A stretch of DNA of 57,148 nucleotides, the filler included, from Sphacelaria rigidula (Eukaryota), in the NCBI GenBank assembly GCA_964200075.2. It is 4 parts of 4 records of this genome, joined end to end, with 100 filler letters (N's around TTAATTAATTAA, not from the genome) between each part and the next. Parts side by side here need not be neighbours in the genome. Positions count along the whole stretch, not along the records: positions 14,315 to 28,526 come from CAXNAA020002381.1; positions 28,627 to 42,838 come from CAXNAA020002382.1; 2 more parts are not named here. One strand, given 5' to 3'. Positions 22,051-34,900 of this stretch are shown here, in pieces (position 1 is the stretch's first letter; each line of letters starts with the position of its first letter). Under the pieces are notes generated by a model. It made no database searches. It was not told where the DNA came from and saw only the letters and a program-made list of their open reading frames with translations. Made by a program: the position numbers and the translations under genes.

Positions 22051-24095
22051 GCTTCGACTACTTCGATGACACCCACGCCTTTGACCTATCCACGCGTCTA
22101 TGGACTCGGCTCACCACCACCGGCGATCGTCCTAGCCCTCGCTACAAGCACCAAGCCTTCATAGACGGGAATTGGATGTATGTCGTGGGCGGTGGTTCCT
22201 TCGAACCCGAGGGCCCACACTTGGATGTGTTCCGGCTCCACCTCTCTACCGCCTCTGCGTCATGCCGCGGGCCTGCAACGCGCGCGCCCGCGGCTCTGAA
22301 ATGGGAACGCTTGCACCCGACCGGCACTCCGCCGAGGTGCCGGGCGGCGCACGGTCTGGCTTGGGACGCCGTCGGCCGCACTGCTTACATATGGGGTGGC
22401 TTCACCAGCCGCATGGAGCTCGACACCACTTTCTGCGCGCTCCGCCTTTCCCCAGTCCCTGCGGCCGCCGTTAGTCCGCCACCGATGACCGAGACACCCC
22501 GCCGGACGGCTCCTGGTGTTGAAGCACCGGTGGTCGCAGTCTCAGTACCATCACCCATCCCCGCTGCAGCCGTGGCCGCCTCTGGCGAAGGGAACGGTGC
22601 TACGAGCTCGCTCGCGGCGTCCTTAGATGGACGAGTCTTCCGCCTCGCGCGCGACACACCGCTGGCGACGTCGCTACCAGGGTTCACCACGGCGGGTGCC
22701 ACTGGCCGAGATATCACCAACAGTGGCTCGGCCGACAACAGATTTAAAAAACATACCATGCAGCAGGTGGTAGGCGCTGCGGGCGTGGTCACGGCGATAG
22801 CGGCGGCCACGAGCGAATACAGCGAACCAAGCGGGGGTGTTAGCGGCGGCGGCGTAGACGAAGAGGTCGATACTGCCGTCGCGGCATTTCCGACCAATAT
22901 TAGGGAAGCGGCTGTGGAATCAAGTACCGTCGACGGAGAAGAGAACTGGCAACGTCAACCACAGCATCAGCGCTCGCTTAGGAACCTGCACGGTGGTGGG
23001 GGAGGCGGCGGGGTGCACTACCATGGCCGGGAGCGATTTAGACGCCGTGGCCAACATCTCAGGCGCCCGGTCAGCGGGGGAGACCACGGGCACGCTGGGC
23101 AGCGTCAGCGGCAGCCATCACCACCGTCGCAGCACCGTCACCAGCACCAGCAGCGCCAGTACCACTCGCGCAGGAGGCCGTCCCGAGGCCGCGGTGGCAG
23201 GAGGCGGACCTGGGGGCAAGGGTGGGCCAGCGGCCGGTTGCAGGAACATTGGGGGGGAGCCGCAGCGAACTTTACTGCTGTCCTCACCGCCGACAGTCAA
23301 GGCTCGTCCACTGCTTCTCCTTCCCCGTCACGCTCTCCTTCTCCACCGCCTACGCTACCGCCTACGCTACCGCCACCGCGGGAAGCTTCTGTCTCAAGGA
23401 CCGCCGCCGACAGGCGAGGTAGTGGTAGCGCCGACACTGATGCCAGCCGTCCGCGACTGCCCGATACAGTACCCACTGCTGCGACAGGTGGTGTAGGTGC
23501 CGCTGCCGTGATACCGCCTGCTGGCGGCGGCGTTGAGGGCGGTGGACCCGTTGCGGATAAGGAGCAGCTTGCCTGGGTGTCGCTGCCCAGCCGCTCGGAT
23601 CTCGGACATGTGGCCGCTTGCCCGTCACCGGCAGGGCGATCCTTCCACTGCACGTTTTTCCACGCCGGCGCGTGCTACGTTACTGGAGGCTCCGATGGCG
23701 CGCGGAAGTTCGGCGACATGTGGCGGTTTGTGGCGCGCGAGACGCCCCCCCCGTTGACTACACTCGCTGCTCGAGCCTTCGTTCGTCTGGTAGACGAGCG
23801 GCGGGCAGCGGTAGGGGCGGCGAGGCCTAACTCTGGCGACACTGGTGGTGAGGCCGATATTGACGCGAATGACACCAGGACTGATGTTATGGCAAGTTGT
23901 CGCATGGTCGGTCCGCATGAACGCGCGGGAGCGGGTGGAAGCCAAGGGAATGGGGCATCGGGCCAAGTGGATGCTTGTCGCGGCGGATGCGGCGGAGTCC
24001 ATGATGGCGGGGAAAATTTTCAGCTTGAACTCCTCCCGGCCGAGCTTCGTAATGCTCTCGAGACCATTAACATGCAGGCGAAGGTGGTGGTCTAA
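22051..24095 (+). CDS. KLHDC10: Terminal exon of a kelch-domain protein with C-terminal BC-box/cullin-box (KLHDC10-like CRL2 substrate receptor); upstream exons not found in this contig
   Basis: Seen: acceptor tgcacag|GC, then FDYFDDTHAFDLSTRLW...PSPRYKHQAFIDGNWMYVVGGG; PPRCRAAHGL...AYIWGG; PAGRSFHCTFFHAGACYVTGG...DMW; PPPLTTLAARAF...LPAELRNAL; stop TAA at 24093-24095. Kelch and BC-box assignment is from motif knowledge. KLHDC10 is suggested by the RY(K/R)H and FHC blade motifs (recognition, not a search). Confidence 0.8.
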
Positions 24096-26489
24096 TGTAA
24101 CCGATATTTTCTGAGCTTTACAATCCGCGTGACGGAGTTTTGACAACCCCGACTGATGGTGTTTCGACCTCTTTTTGTTGTTGTCATGAAACCACTCTGC
24201 GCTGCTCAAAAGGGCGCGTTCATGACCAGATCTCCGCACGGTCTCTCGAAGGACTCGACTTTCGGCGATGGGCGTCCCCAGTGTTGAGAACATTGACGTT
24301 GAAGTATCACTCCCTGAAGAATGGCACACGCCGTCACTCAAGACGCTAGAAGCTGGGCAGATCGGGATTGGAATTGTACTTGTGAGGAAGCTGGGGTGGC
24401 ATCGACTGCAGCGATTGGATTGGCCGAGGATGGGGGGACATTCAGAAACGAGCATGACATGATATGAGCGCGAAAAATGTGTTTTTTGCGGTGCACATGG
24501 TGGTGTTTCTATTGTACAAGTTGATATCTTGGCGGGAGGGGGGAGGGGGGCTACGTCGTGAAGGGTAGAGGCGTTCATTCTTCACGGTTGTTAGCCGTGG
24601 TGAATATTGTGTGGTCGTGGGGTTGAGAGAAGGGTCATACGTGCTATCAAAAGTGAAACGGGATCCGGCCCAGTCGGCTGGTCACGTGCTTGATAAACAA
24701 ATGTCGGGTAAAAAAATGGACGTCTGTGATGTACGATGTCTATGCGTATACATATGGAGGTTGTATTCAGCTTTGTATTTTCGTTAGCGGTAGCTACACG
24801 TTCGTTTTGAGTAGGTAACGAGTGGGCCGGCTAATATGTATACACTTTACGTTGTCAGTGTCCCGAAAATGCAGGAAAAGAAACACGCCAAAGGACGACA
24901 GGGGCGCTAGCATCGTACGGCTCGAGCGCGTAATTTGCGCAATCCCCCCACTATTCTCCGCAGGGTTTGTGTTGTCTTTTGTTGCTGTTCGTGGAGAGGT
25001 GCTCCAGTATGGAGGTCTTCAGCACATCCGCTTCTTTTTCGCACTCCCTTTTGCTGAATACTTTGCCATCTCGCGCTGACGACGACATTGGCTGTAGCGT
25101 TCGCAGGATTACGGACGGAATTAGGAGAAGAACAATAGTCTGCAACTTTGCTGTTTACGCTTCTTGCCAACCATGCCGATGGGGGGAGGGGGGCGTTCTC
25201 ATGTGTTGCTTGCCTTAGTTGTTTGACCATTGACCACGCATCCCTTTCGAGACGGAGCAGATGAGGGGGAGGGGGGGGGAGGGGAGCAAGGTGATGTAAA
25301 ACATAGTTGTAGCGTGTGGTTTTGCGCGCTTCGTCGTCCCACAATGTGTACGAACAACGTAGTAAATATTTTTCTTGTGTGTTCTGTGACATCGTGTCTT
25401 CGTACATGTGGACCAAACGCGGTTGAGGCAAGTGACATAGTGTGTTTGTGTATAAGCTATATACTGTAGCATGAGATGTGTGGCTGCATTACAGGAGTAA
25501 CGAAAGGAGGGCGCCCTACCAATATGCCCGCAAATCCCGCCCGTCGCTCCCGCACGCTATGCACTATTCCTAGCGTCTAAACATCCATGAAGCGGTTTGT
25601 GCTGGGAGGAAGACAACGGGACGGGGTGGGACGGGTGGAGGGGGTTGAGGGGGTTGAGGGGGAGGGGAAATCCCACTCAATTTTACGTGTATGCGTTGCT
25701 GAGGTTTCGTGGGAACACGGATTTCGCAGCAAATAGCCTGAGTAAAGATACTGTAGGCGTAGTTGATGTGTTCGTCAGGCCCCGATCTCGCGAGCGTCAT
25801 CAGCGGAAAATTGCCGAGATGGCATTTAAAACAGTTGAAAAAAATGAGCGTTGGCTGAGGCAGAGTGGGGGGAGCGGGAGGGGAGTGAGGGCAGGCATAA
25901 CACGCTCGGATGACGATACGCATAAATAGGGGAGCAAAATCGTGAGCGCGTTCGCTCGGGGGTCGGGGCTATGTGGTAGTATAGAGGCGAGATACGAAAA
26001 GAACAAACTGGACGGTTGGTTGGCAGGCGGAAAGGGGGGCGGGGGACTGAAAATCAAATGATATATTTAGTCGTGTAGTCTGGATTGCTGGGGTGCTTGC
26101 CGTCTCTCGCTCCCTCCGTAGCGTGAAGTTTAGCACGTTCTTTGCTTGAGCTCTCGCGGCCGCTTTTCGGCCCGCCGCGCTTTTTATTGTAGATGGTGTT
26201 TATGTTTTGTGTTATTGTGTGGGGGGAGGGGGGGCGGATACATAGATCTTGCACCGTTTTGTTTTATTTTCACGTCTTTTTTCGTACGCTATTTTGTGGC
26301 AGCGTATTTTATTGCGTACTGTTTTCAACGTTTTTGTATGTATTTTGTGTTGTGTGTTTGTGCGTGCTTTTTTTTTCTCGTCGTCCTTCGGTTGTTTTAC
26401 AACGACAGTGCTGCTGGAAGCACCGGTGGTCGCCCAGACGGTGTGTTGGCTTCTTATCGTGTGTTATCGTGTTTTTTTCTGTATTCTCA

Positions 26490-26525
26490 CTTTTTGTTGT
26501 TGTTGTTGTTGTTACTGCTGCTGCT
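26490..26525. repeat. (TGT)n/(TGC)n microsatellite
   Basis: Seen directly. Confidence 0.8.
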
Positions 26526-27397
26526 TGTTCGTGTCTTGTTGTCGTTTTTGCGATGCGAAGTTCTTCGTTCACCTCTTGCTCAAAATTCACGATTCCAAGG
26601 AGATCGTCTTACGTATGGTTGGATCTTCGATGTGCCATGTATTCACGGGTGTGTACATTATAATATGGTACGCAAGAGGATCTCTGCGCGCAGCAATACC
26701 CGTAATACTGCAGATCCGCCTGTTGTAATTATTGCGTCATTAATTGTACTTTGCTGTCGTTGCTGTTACTGTCGTTTCGTAGTTGTAAAATACAAATGTT
26801 GTCAGTCGACAGTGTCGATGTTGTGGCCGGGGCGACAACAACTTATATTCTAGATTATCTACGGAAAATAAATAAAAATGAGGGAGGAGGGGGGGGGAGT
26901 TTAATATTTTGGGCAGTGCAATTTGTATAATTTTACGTTGTAGTCAAGGTGTTTTTTTCATCGCTGGAGGGGCCTTTCGAGAAAAAAATGATGGATGGAC
27001 GGATGTACTTGTACGGGTAGAAGTCGAGGGGCTGGTTCCACGTTTTGGGATCATGGTTTGTGGTGGGTTATCATGTGCGGTCTGTTGTGAATGTGACGGG
27101 CACGCACGGTTTCACGGTGGTATCTGCTCGTCTTCATGTTATATACGTGCTATTGCAATATTGAGCAAGATGCCTGATAGCTTGGCAGCAGCATCTGTTT
27201 TTTTTTTTTCAGGTGGCAGGAGGATCAGAAGAAAAGGTTGGAGGGTGGTGGAGGAGGCTGTTGTTTCGTCTTCTGTGAGTTGCTTTTTCACGGTGAAGAC
27301 GTACCATTGGTTTTGCATGCATTATCGTGTATTCGGTCATGTTTTACATTCGTCGTGTGTGTTTTCTTTGTGTAATAATAAATGTGCTCTACAGTTT

Positions 27398-27466
27398 TTG
27401 TTGCTGCTGCTGCTGTTGCTGCTGCTGCTGTTATTGCTGTTGGTGGTGGTGGTGATGGTGATGGTG
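27398..27466. repeat. Compound trinucleotide microsatellite (GCT/GTT/GGT/GAT)
   Basis: Seen directly. Confidence 0.85.
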
Positions 27467-28526
27467 TTTCGGTTGACACAAGAAACAAGAGGACTCGTGC
27501 GTGTCAACGTCATTCATTTGTTTTATCAGATCCGTCGTTATGTTTTCGCCTCCTACTGCCCGTCCTGCTTCTACAGCTGCTGCTCGTAAGAGTCTGTAAA
27601 ATACGCTGAAAAAGTACCTTTGCGATCGAGGGGCATTGTAGGTCGACAAAAAAGTTATACAGGCTGCTTCACGCTCATCACCCAAAGTTGTGTCATCAGC
27701 AAATGCCTTTCGCAATACCTACCCAATAGTCGAATGCATGATATCATACTGACCGCCATGGACAGCTGAAGAGCGCGACATAGCCGAATTTGTGTGGAAG
27801 ACCATAGTGATGGCGCTAAGGGCGAAAAGGTATACTGACCAATCAGCGCCCGTCCAATTGTTACGCTCTTCAGCTGTCCACATGATTGAAATGACTCTTG
27901 TTACCTGAGGAAAAGTGGCCGCTTTGGGTCCGGCCAAACGTTCGAAGATACTGTGGAACGGCACTACCAAACTTTTCTGGCATTGACGTACGCCAATCAG
28001 TACAGAACCGAACAGAAATCGACCGTGTAACGTTCTTATTAGAAAGCAACGGGCATGAAACGGTTTGCAGGTGGGAAAAGGGGGATTTTCATACAGGAGG
28101 AACTCTCTGTTCCCCCGTCGGTGTTACATATGCACTGGCGAAAACTCTGTTGTCGTTCTTTTACACCTGGCGGGCGAACGGGAAGGCACAGTTTCTCCGG
28201 TAACAAGAGTCATTTCAATCATGTGGACGTAGTTTCTATAGCTGTTCCGAAATTCGGTACATTAACATCTTGTTACAGAGTGGGTGATCTCTCTGCAGAC
28301 GGGAGTCAGTAGAGTAGGGCAACAAAAGCTCCAGATTGCAGTATTGACGCATCCCTCTGCACCACGCTACAACAGTTGGGTCCCCACCATAGGTATCTTT
28401 TTCACTCCGCATGTCAAGAAGGTCTCCACCAGCGTTTGATCTCTCACAACCCCCCCCCCCCCCCCCCCCCCCCACCCCCACCCCCCCCCCCCCCCCACCC
28501 CACGGGCGCGCGGCGGTGGGGGCGGC

Positions 28527-28626
28527 NNNNNNNNNNNNNNNNNNNNNNNNNNNNNNNNNNNNNNNNNNNNTTAATTAATTAANNNNNNNNNNNNNNNNNN
28601 NNNNNNNNNNNNNNNNNNNNNNNNNN
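28527..28626. other. Artificial contig-joining spacer
   Basis: Seen: 44 N + TTAATTAATTAA + 44 N. Confidence 0.97.
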
Positions 28627-31600
28627 ATTCATTCACTGATTGACCGCTTTTCACTCTCAATCGTATCATCTACTCTCAATCTCACGAAAACACTGTTCAA
28701 ACCGGGACCCCTACTGTTGTACCGAAATTCCTCAAAGTTGGTTCTTAACCTAGGACCCCAGCATTTTGGTTATCGAAATCTAAATTTGAATGGCGTGTAG
28801 TATTTGTGAATAGGTACCAGCAAGTGAAGAAGAAATGGAACCATATTTCGAAGATTTTTATTCTCCGGGTTCTCATCCCCAATGAAAATCCGCCCCCAAT
28901 TTGTGAAATCACCGGTTCAATCAAGGGAATGTTCGGTTCGTAAGCCCCCGGGCATGAACTCTCCCGAATGTTGTGCTGTGATGGTTCGATATCCAAACCC
29001 CTATCAAGCATTGGGTAAAGTGAGGTACGATCGCATTACCCTACCCAATAAGTGGGCATTTCAGCCACAAACTCATTGCTAGCATCGGAGGTGTCCATTT
29101 GTCGAATAGGCACCAGTCACATTACGGCAGGGGTTGCACATCGGGGCCTGAACCGTCTTCATTCAGGGGCTCCCAAAGTTAGGACCTACATACAGTTATA
29201 TGCGCAAGGATGATCCCTTGTCTAAATTCAGAATATCCCTAGCAAGTTGTAATGCAAATTGTGGAGTGTTCTCATAGTTCGTGAGTCGTTCCTTGGCTGC
29301 GATAGAGGGTTGCTGACGATAAACACCTCTGAACGTTCTCGTGTACCAGCACTGTAGCAACACTCGTGGTTTTCGCTTGGAAATGAAAGCCGATTCCAGA
29401 AACAAGACACCTCCGGCGCTTGACAGGCCAGCACGTATCCACGATTTGCCACGAGCAAATAGGAAGCATGAATATGGTACCGGCCCTGTGAGTTGCGATA
29501 GGATCTTCAACGTGAAAACGCTGAAAAACCACTCCCGACATCCTCTAGTCGTTTTATAGCCATCCTCTCAACTTCGGCGTTGTGCTCGGCTGTCGCTGCT
29601 TGAATTTGAATATACTTGTGGAGGTAGTAACAGCTGGACGAAGCGGTGGTACTCGACATCGAAGGAAAGACCACCACTGCGGAGTAGGTGTATCGCTGCA
29701 ATCGAGTCATCGGATTCGCTGTCGGAACCGTCTCCGGCGCACTTCAGATGAATCATCGTTCGTAAATTTGGCTCGACAACACAGTTGCGCACTCACCGAT
29801 CGCATCTCTTGTGTGGTTTCAGAAGCTGGCCACAACAATCATTTTTTCTCGATTCATGCGCACTAGGACTAGCGGCTACACTCGGGTGTAGGCATATGAA
29901 CTACGAGGTTAATGGTCCAGCGGGTCAAGGACCAGGACAAGCCCCCCTCGTGGTTGCTACAATCGCGCGTGACGAGCAACATGAGCAAAGATACCCTCGA
30001 CGACAGTGTTGCATGACGAATGAAATTTACACTCAAATGAGGTTATTCCAATTGTACTGCACTACACGCCGATACAGACACCCGCCCCGTACATGAACCA
30101 ACGTTTATCCCACACTTTCTTGGCAAACATGCGCTTGTTGAGCTGCGCCGGACGACGCGGATTTCTTTCTACACAAGCATCCGGTGATGGCGTGCAATCT
30201 ATCGTCTCACGCCACACGCCAAAGGAAGAACCCATCCATCCGCCTGTCGTCTTTTATTTTCGTGCATACATACTGTCTCATCTTCATCTCCCCTCACAAC
30301 AAGCCCAAAAACGATCGCTACGATGTATTTCCCTTCCCCCCCCCCGCTCCCCGCCCCCCGGAAACGCTCTAGCTCATCACGCACACCGGTCCACAAACAC
30401 ACCACCTACGAGCATTACCAAACGTAACACAGCAAAAACAGGACAAGTCACCCGACAACTCTCCACACACCCACACACAAATAGAGAACCTCCCTGCCCC
30501 CAAGTACAATCGAATTGGGCATGGGGACATCCATGTTTGGAGCGCAAGCCAGCGGCGCAATGGAGGGGAAATATTCGACGCATCAACTCTGTTAATCCGT
30601 GCACTTCTCGCCTTGAGTTACACCTCGCCCCCGCTCCACCTCGAAGAAAACACGAAAGCAAACAGCTGTAGGGCACCATTTGATCAACGAAGAAGAGCGC
30701 CCGAAACACAAGTGCAGTCCCGTAATCAAGCTCTCAACACGACGCAGTCGAGACGAAACCCAGCAGAAGGCCGCCCCACGTGTTACGGGAATATCTTGCT
30801 CTGGATTCAAAACTGTGGGCCTTGAAAGAATACGAAATCGCGAGATTATGTCGCGTATATGAAGGTTTAGATGAGCATATCGTGATGGTATATGCGCCTG
30901 AAAGCGGTCGCAAATAGAAGTGTATGGTAATGTCAATCGGCAAACCGGTTGCATTCCGAGTATTTTGAACAGAACTCTTCCACCATCAACCTCCCCCTCT
31001 CCACTCGTTTGAACAACGACGACCATGTACCTCACCAAAAGTCTAGCAGAGACGGAAACACATATACCCCCCTCGCCCCCCCCCCCCCGTGGGGACGTCA
31101 ACTGTTGATTTGGTACGCAAGAGAGTTTTTTCGAAAGAAAAGGACATCGTTTCACCTGGAAAACAAAACCAAGAAAGCGCAATGCAACAGGTACGGGCTC
31201 TACGACGCGCTGCAGGTTGCGCCACCTACAACATACTGCCGTAGTGGAGCCGTAGTGACTCGGCATCGTCACGAGCCAAAAACATCCACATTTTTGCTAT
31301 AGGCGCTATATCTCGGGCCAACCATTTCACCGCCGGTGTGGGTCACGTATAAGTGAGTAGTCGTTCATGGAGTGAACACAATGCCTACTCGACACTGCCC
31401 ACCATCGCAGTCAAGAGGTAATGCAAATCGAGTCACTACACAACCGTAGAAGGGGTTTACTACCACGGTATAGGATGAAACTGATGGGGTACGTTGACAC
31501 GACTCCAAAATTGGAGTCGCAAAATTAATTTTGACTATTGCATGGCACAGAATATGCCCACCGATGGATAGTCCCAACACGCAAGTATGCAGGAGTCAAC

Positions 31601-31976
31601 AAACCTGACTCGTCTGAAATCGATGGCACAACTAACGCACAACACATCACGGAAGGAAGACTCGGGAATAAATTATACAACTAAATCATCCAACATAGTT
31701 TACCGTACAACAATGGAACTCACCAAACTCAAGTAGGGTACACATCTCCATAAAAACCGATGACCTTGTAGCGTGGAGACCAGACACATTTTTCATCACT
31801 CGAAACCCGTGGAACTGTCTCCCAACCATCATTAGCAAGAAAACAGCAAGAAAAAACAGTACTAGCCTTACCGGTCTCAAAAGACATGGACAATCTTACG
31901 GCTCATCCCCACAGAACCCCTCCCATCTCATCGACAATCTCACGGTTCACTGGAATGAGTAAAATCACTCAAATTC

Positions 31977-34900
31977 TCATCCCCACAGATCTTCTCCCAT
32001 CTCCATCACTTCGAAAGTGTCAGAGCAGTCATATACCGAATCGTCACCGAACAGTCCAACTCGAACCTTGTAAAGGCCGGGTTCCGTATCCGAGGGGATG
32101 ACCACGTCATAGTTGCCGGCTGTTCCATGGTTCGAGAATCAAAGGTTGCAACACAGAGGAACGGAGGGAGAGACAAGCGTTACGATAAAACCTTTGCAAA
32201 TGCGTTCATTTCCTGGTAATAGATACAAATGAGGGATGTCTAGTCTCGAGGGATTTTCAGTATTTCCGTGTACCCACCCATCCCTGAATATACTGCTGCA
32301 GTCGTCGGGATGTATCCACGTGAAATAAACGCCATTTTGCAACAGCATCGTATTCGTTCTCGGTCAGTATCACCGCCGCGTGACCAGGCACAAGTACTCA
32401 CTAGTATCACGGCAGCCGATCTCAGGTTTGTCACAGATGGACCCCATCCAGACGCCGCAGTCACCCTCAACGCCGATGTCGCTGGTCACCCCGTCATCAG
32501 AGACCACAGCGTAGAGGTCGATTCTGAAGCGTGCAGCTGTGCCTCCGTAGCCATCATCGTAGTCAAACTGACAGCGGCAAAAACAGCAGCAGCGGGACGG
32601 CATATCGTGTAGACACTCGGGTCGGTCATTACCTCATGTTGGTCGGGACCATGTGCGTGTGCCGAGGAGGTCAGACGAGGCTCCCACGAATCTCACTGAG
32701 AAATGTACTGTGAGGGGAAGAGACACTTTCTGCTGGCAATACCTTATGCCCGTTGCAGAATATGTTTTCGCCCTTCGTCTCATGCAGTACCGTAGATCAC
32801 ATACTCGTTGACTGGCCGGTACGTTTCGGAGTTGCTTCGAAGATGGTGCCGGCAAAAACATCAAATTGCCTTCGGAGAAGGGAAGTTGTCACATTCGACA
32901 GCATCCTATCCATGTTGATCGTGTCTTAATTTCTCTTCCGAGCTACAAAACATCCCATGCCCCCAGAAGTTTGTGGACACGGGAACGATGCTGGAGATGT
33001 GGCAGCGACATTATATTGGCTCGATTTTCCCGTTTCAAGTGGTACCTAAGATCTGTCAGGAATCATCACACGATCATTCAAGCACGCTGGGCACTACTTG
33101 GCACAGCAGTGCGGCAGACGTCCTAGCCGAAACTCCCCAGCTGTGCCCTTTTCATCGGCCCATGCTGCATCTCTCGACATTTCTTCATCTCTCACCTCGA
33201 TAGTGTACTCATTTCCGGCGATAGCGATAGAGTCTGCCGTAGGAGTCACAACAGACATTGACTGAGACACCGAGTCCCCGCTGGCCTTGAGGTAGAAGTC
33301 GTCCGAGCAGCGGACGCGCTCTTCATCAAGGCCAATCTGTGAGATCCGCACTCTGTAACCATTGCTGGATACGCCATCCAATGGCTCGGGCATCAGCACT
33401 TCGTAGCCTCCGAGGTCTGGGTCACTGGCGCAGCCCATTTCACCCTCCATGCAGAGACCTTCCACCAGCGTACCGCAATCTTCTTCATCCTGTTGTTTTT
33501 ATCGGCGACGGGTAGAGGCGAGAGGTATTTCGTGGTGCGGTAATCAGCGTGAGGAGACCTGCCGTTGATTCGATTGATGGATGCTCTGTAGTAGACTTAG
33601 TATAGGTAGAGTTTATTTTGACTTTTGCCTGACCTGGTGGAGACACGCAAGTCTTCTTTTTGTCGGAAAACGAAAGAGTTCGTAATACCCATAAAAAGGT
33701 GCGCCGGGCGGCGCAACAGACTCATTCCGTCCCGGGCATGGTCCCTACACTGTCATGGGGTTGTGCCGAATGTATGGCAAGTACGCCTCACTAGGCAACG
33801 CAATGGGGACAGAGAATAGCCTGATCACCGAGCCGTGGGCATAAGCTGGGCACCATCCTCGTTTTCATGGGTTCAAAGGTATCAGGATGTTCACGCGTAG
33901 GTTTGATGCTGCTGTATATGTTCTTGATTTCTCGATCTTTTGCGTATCCAATCCCCCACGGTTCAATTAATCAGTCTCAACGTGATCTTAGACTCCGCTC
34001 GGGAATGCGGAGTAGTGACCGTCGAGGGCGGTCATTCACATCACCATCCCTGCTTCATACAAGTTTATACTCGTATCTGACCAACTCTAAACATACCTGC
34101 AGTCTTCAAATAGCCTGGAATGCCTTACCCATCGACGGATCTGAGGCGGCATGAAATAGGCTAGTATGATCCCCATGACGATGCTTAATTCGCCCGGTGT
34201 AAACCCGGGTTCGCCACTTTCGATTATCGGGAAAATAATTGTCGTAAGACCCGTCATCGAGGCCACCGCGTGTGATGCGCGTTTCCCAAATGTGACGTTT
34301 TGCCAGGGTAGGTCATCCGAGTCTCGGTTCATTTCTCGAGTGATACGTCCATCCGCCCTTCGACCGCCAAGAGTACGTCTTCCGGGTTATCCGCTAATTT
34401 TCTCTTACGCAGATTCCCGCTTCTTGCGGTCGGTTGTTTCCCTGTGGAATAGTCTCCGAATTTCTTACAGACAGGTTCGCGTACATCACCCAAACTTGTG
34501 TCACCAAATCCATCACGCTGACTCACCGTACGGTCTACAGATGATGTATACCCGTACCGTTAAACTTCATAACCGCATATGATATGCGGCGTAATCAGGG
34601 CGTAACCGCATCTCATGTTCATTCGAGTACTTTCCTACGGTATACCACCATTTTTTAGTGCTACTTGGATTGTGGATTCCTCGCCTACGACTGCGTGTAT
34701 CATCATGAAACTTTGCACACTAGTTGGGCACAATACAGGCAGCATATGCCCAAAGCATCCGCGCGATTGGGCCCGGGAACATCGTACTTAGTCCCAACTG
34801 AAAGTGAAGAATGCCGTCCGTGTGCTTTCAAATCGGACATAAGCTGCCCAGACTTTGCACACCATAGGTGAACGCATACGTGCACGCAAAGGTGCACAAA

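Noticed and set aside
26146..27609. Long overlapping hydrophobic ORFs (up to 235 aa) as membrane proteins
   Set aside because: They arise from T/G-rich low-complexity and microsatellite sequence, are open in several frames and show no domain motifs.
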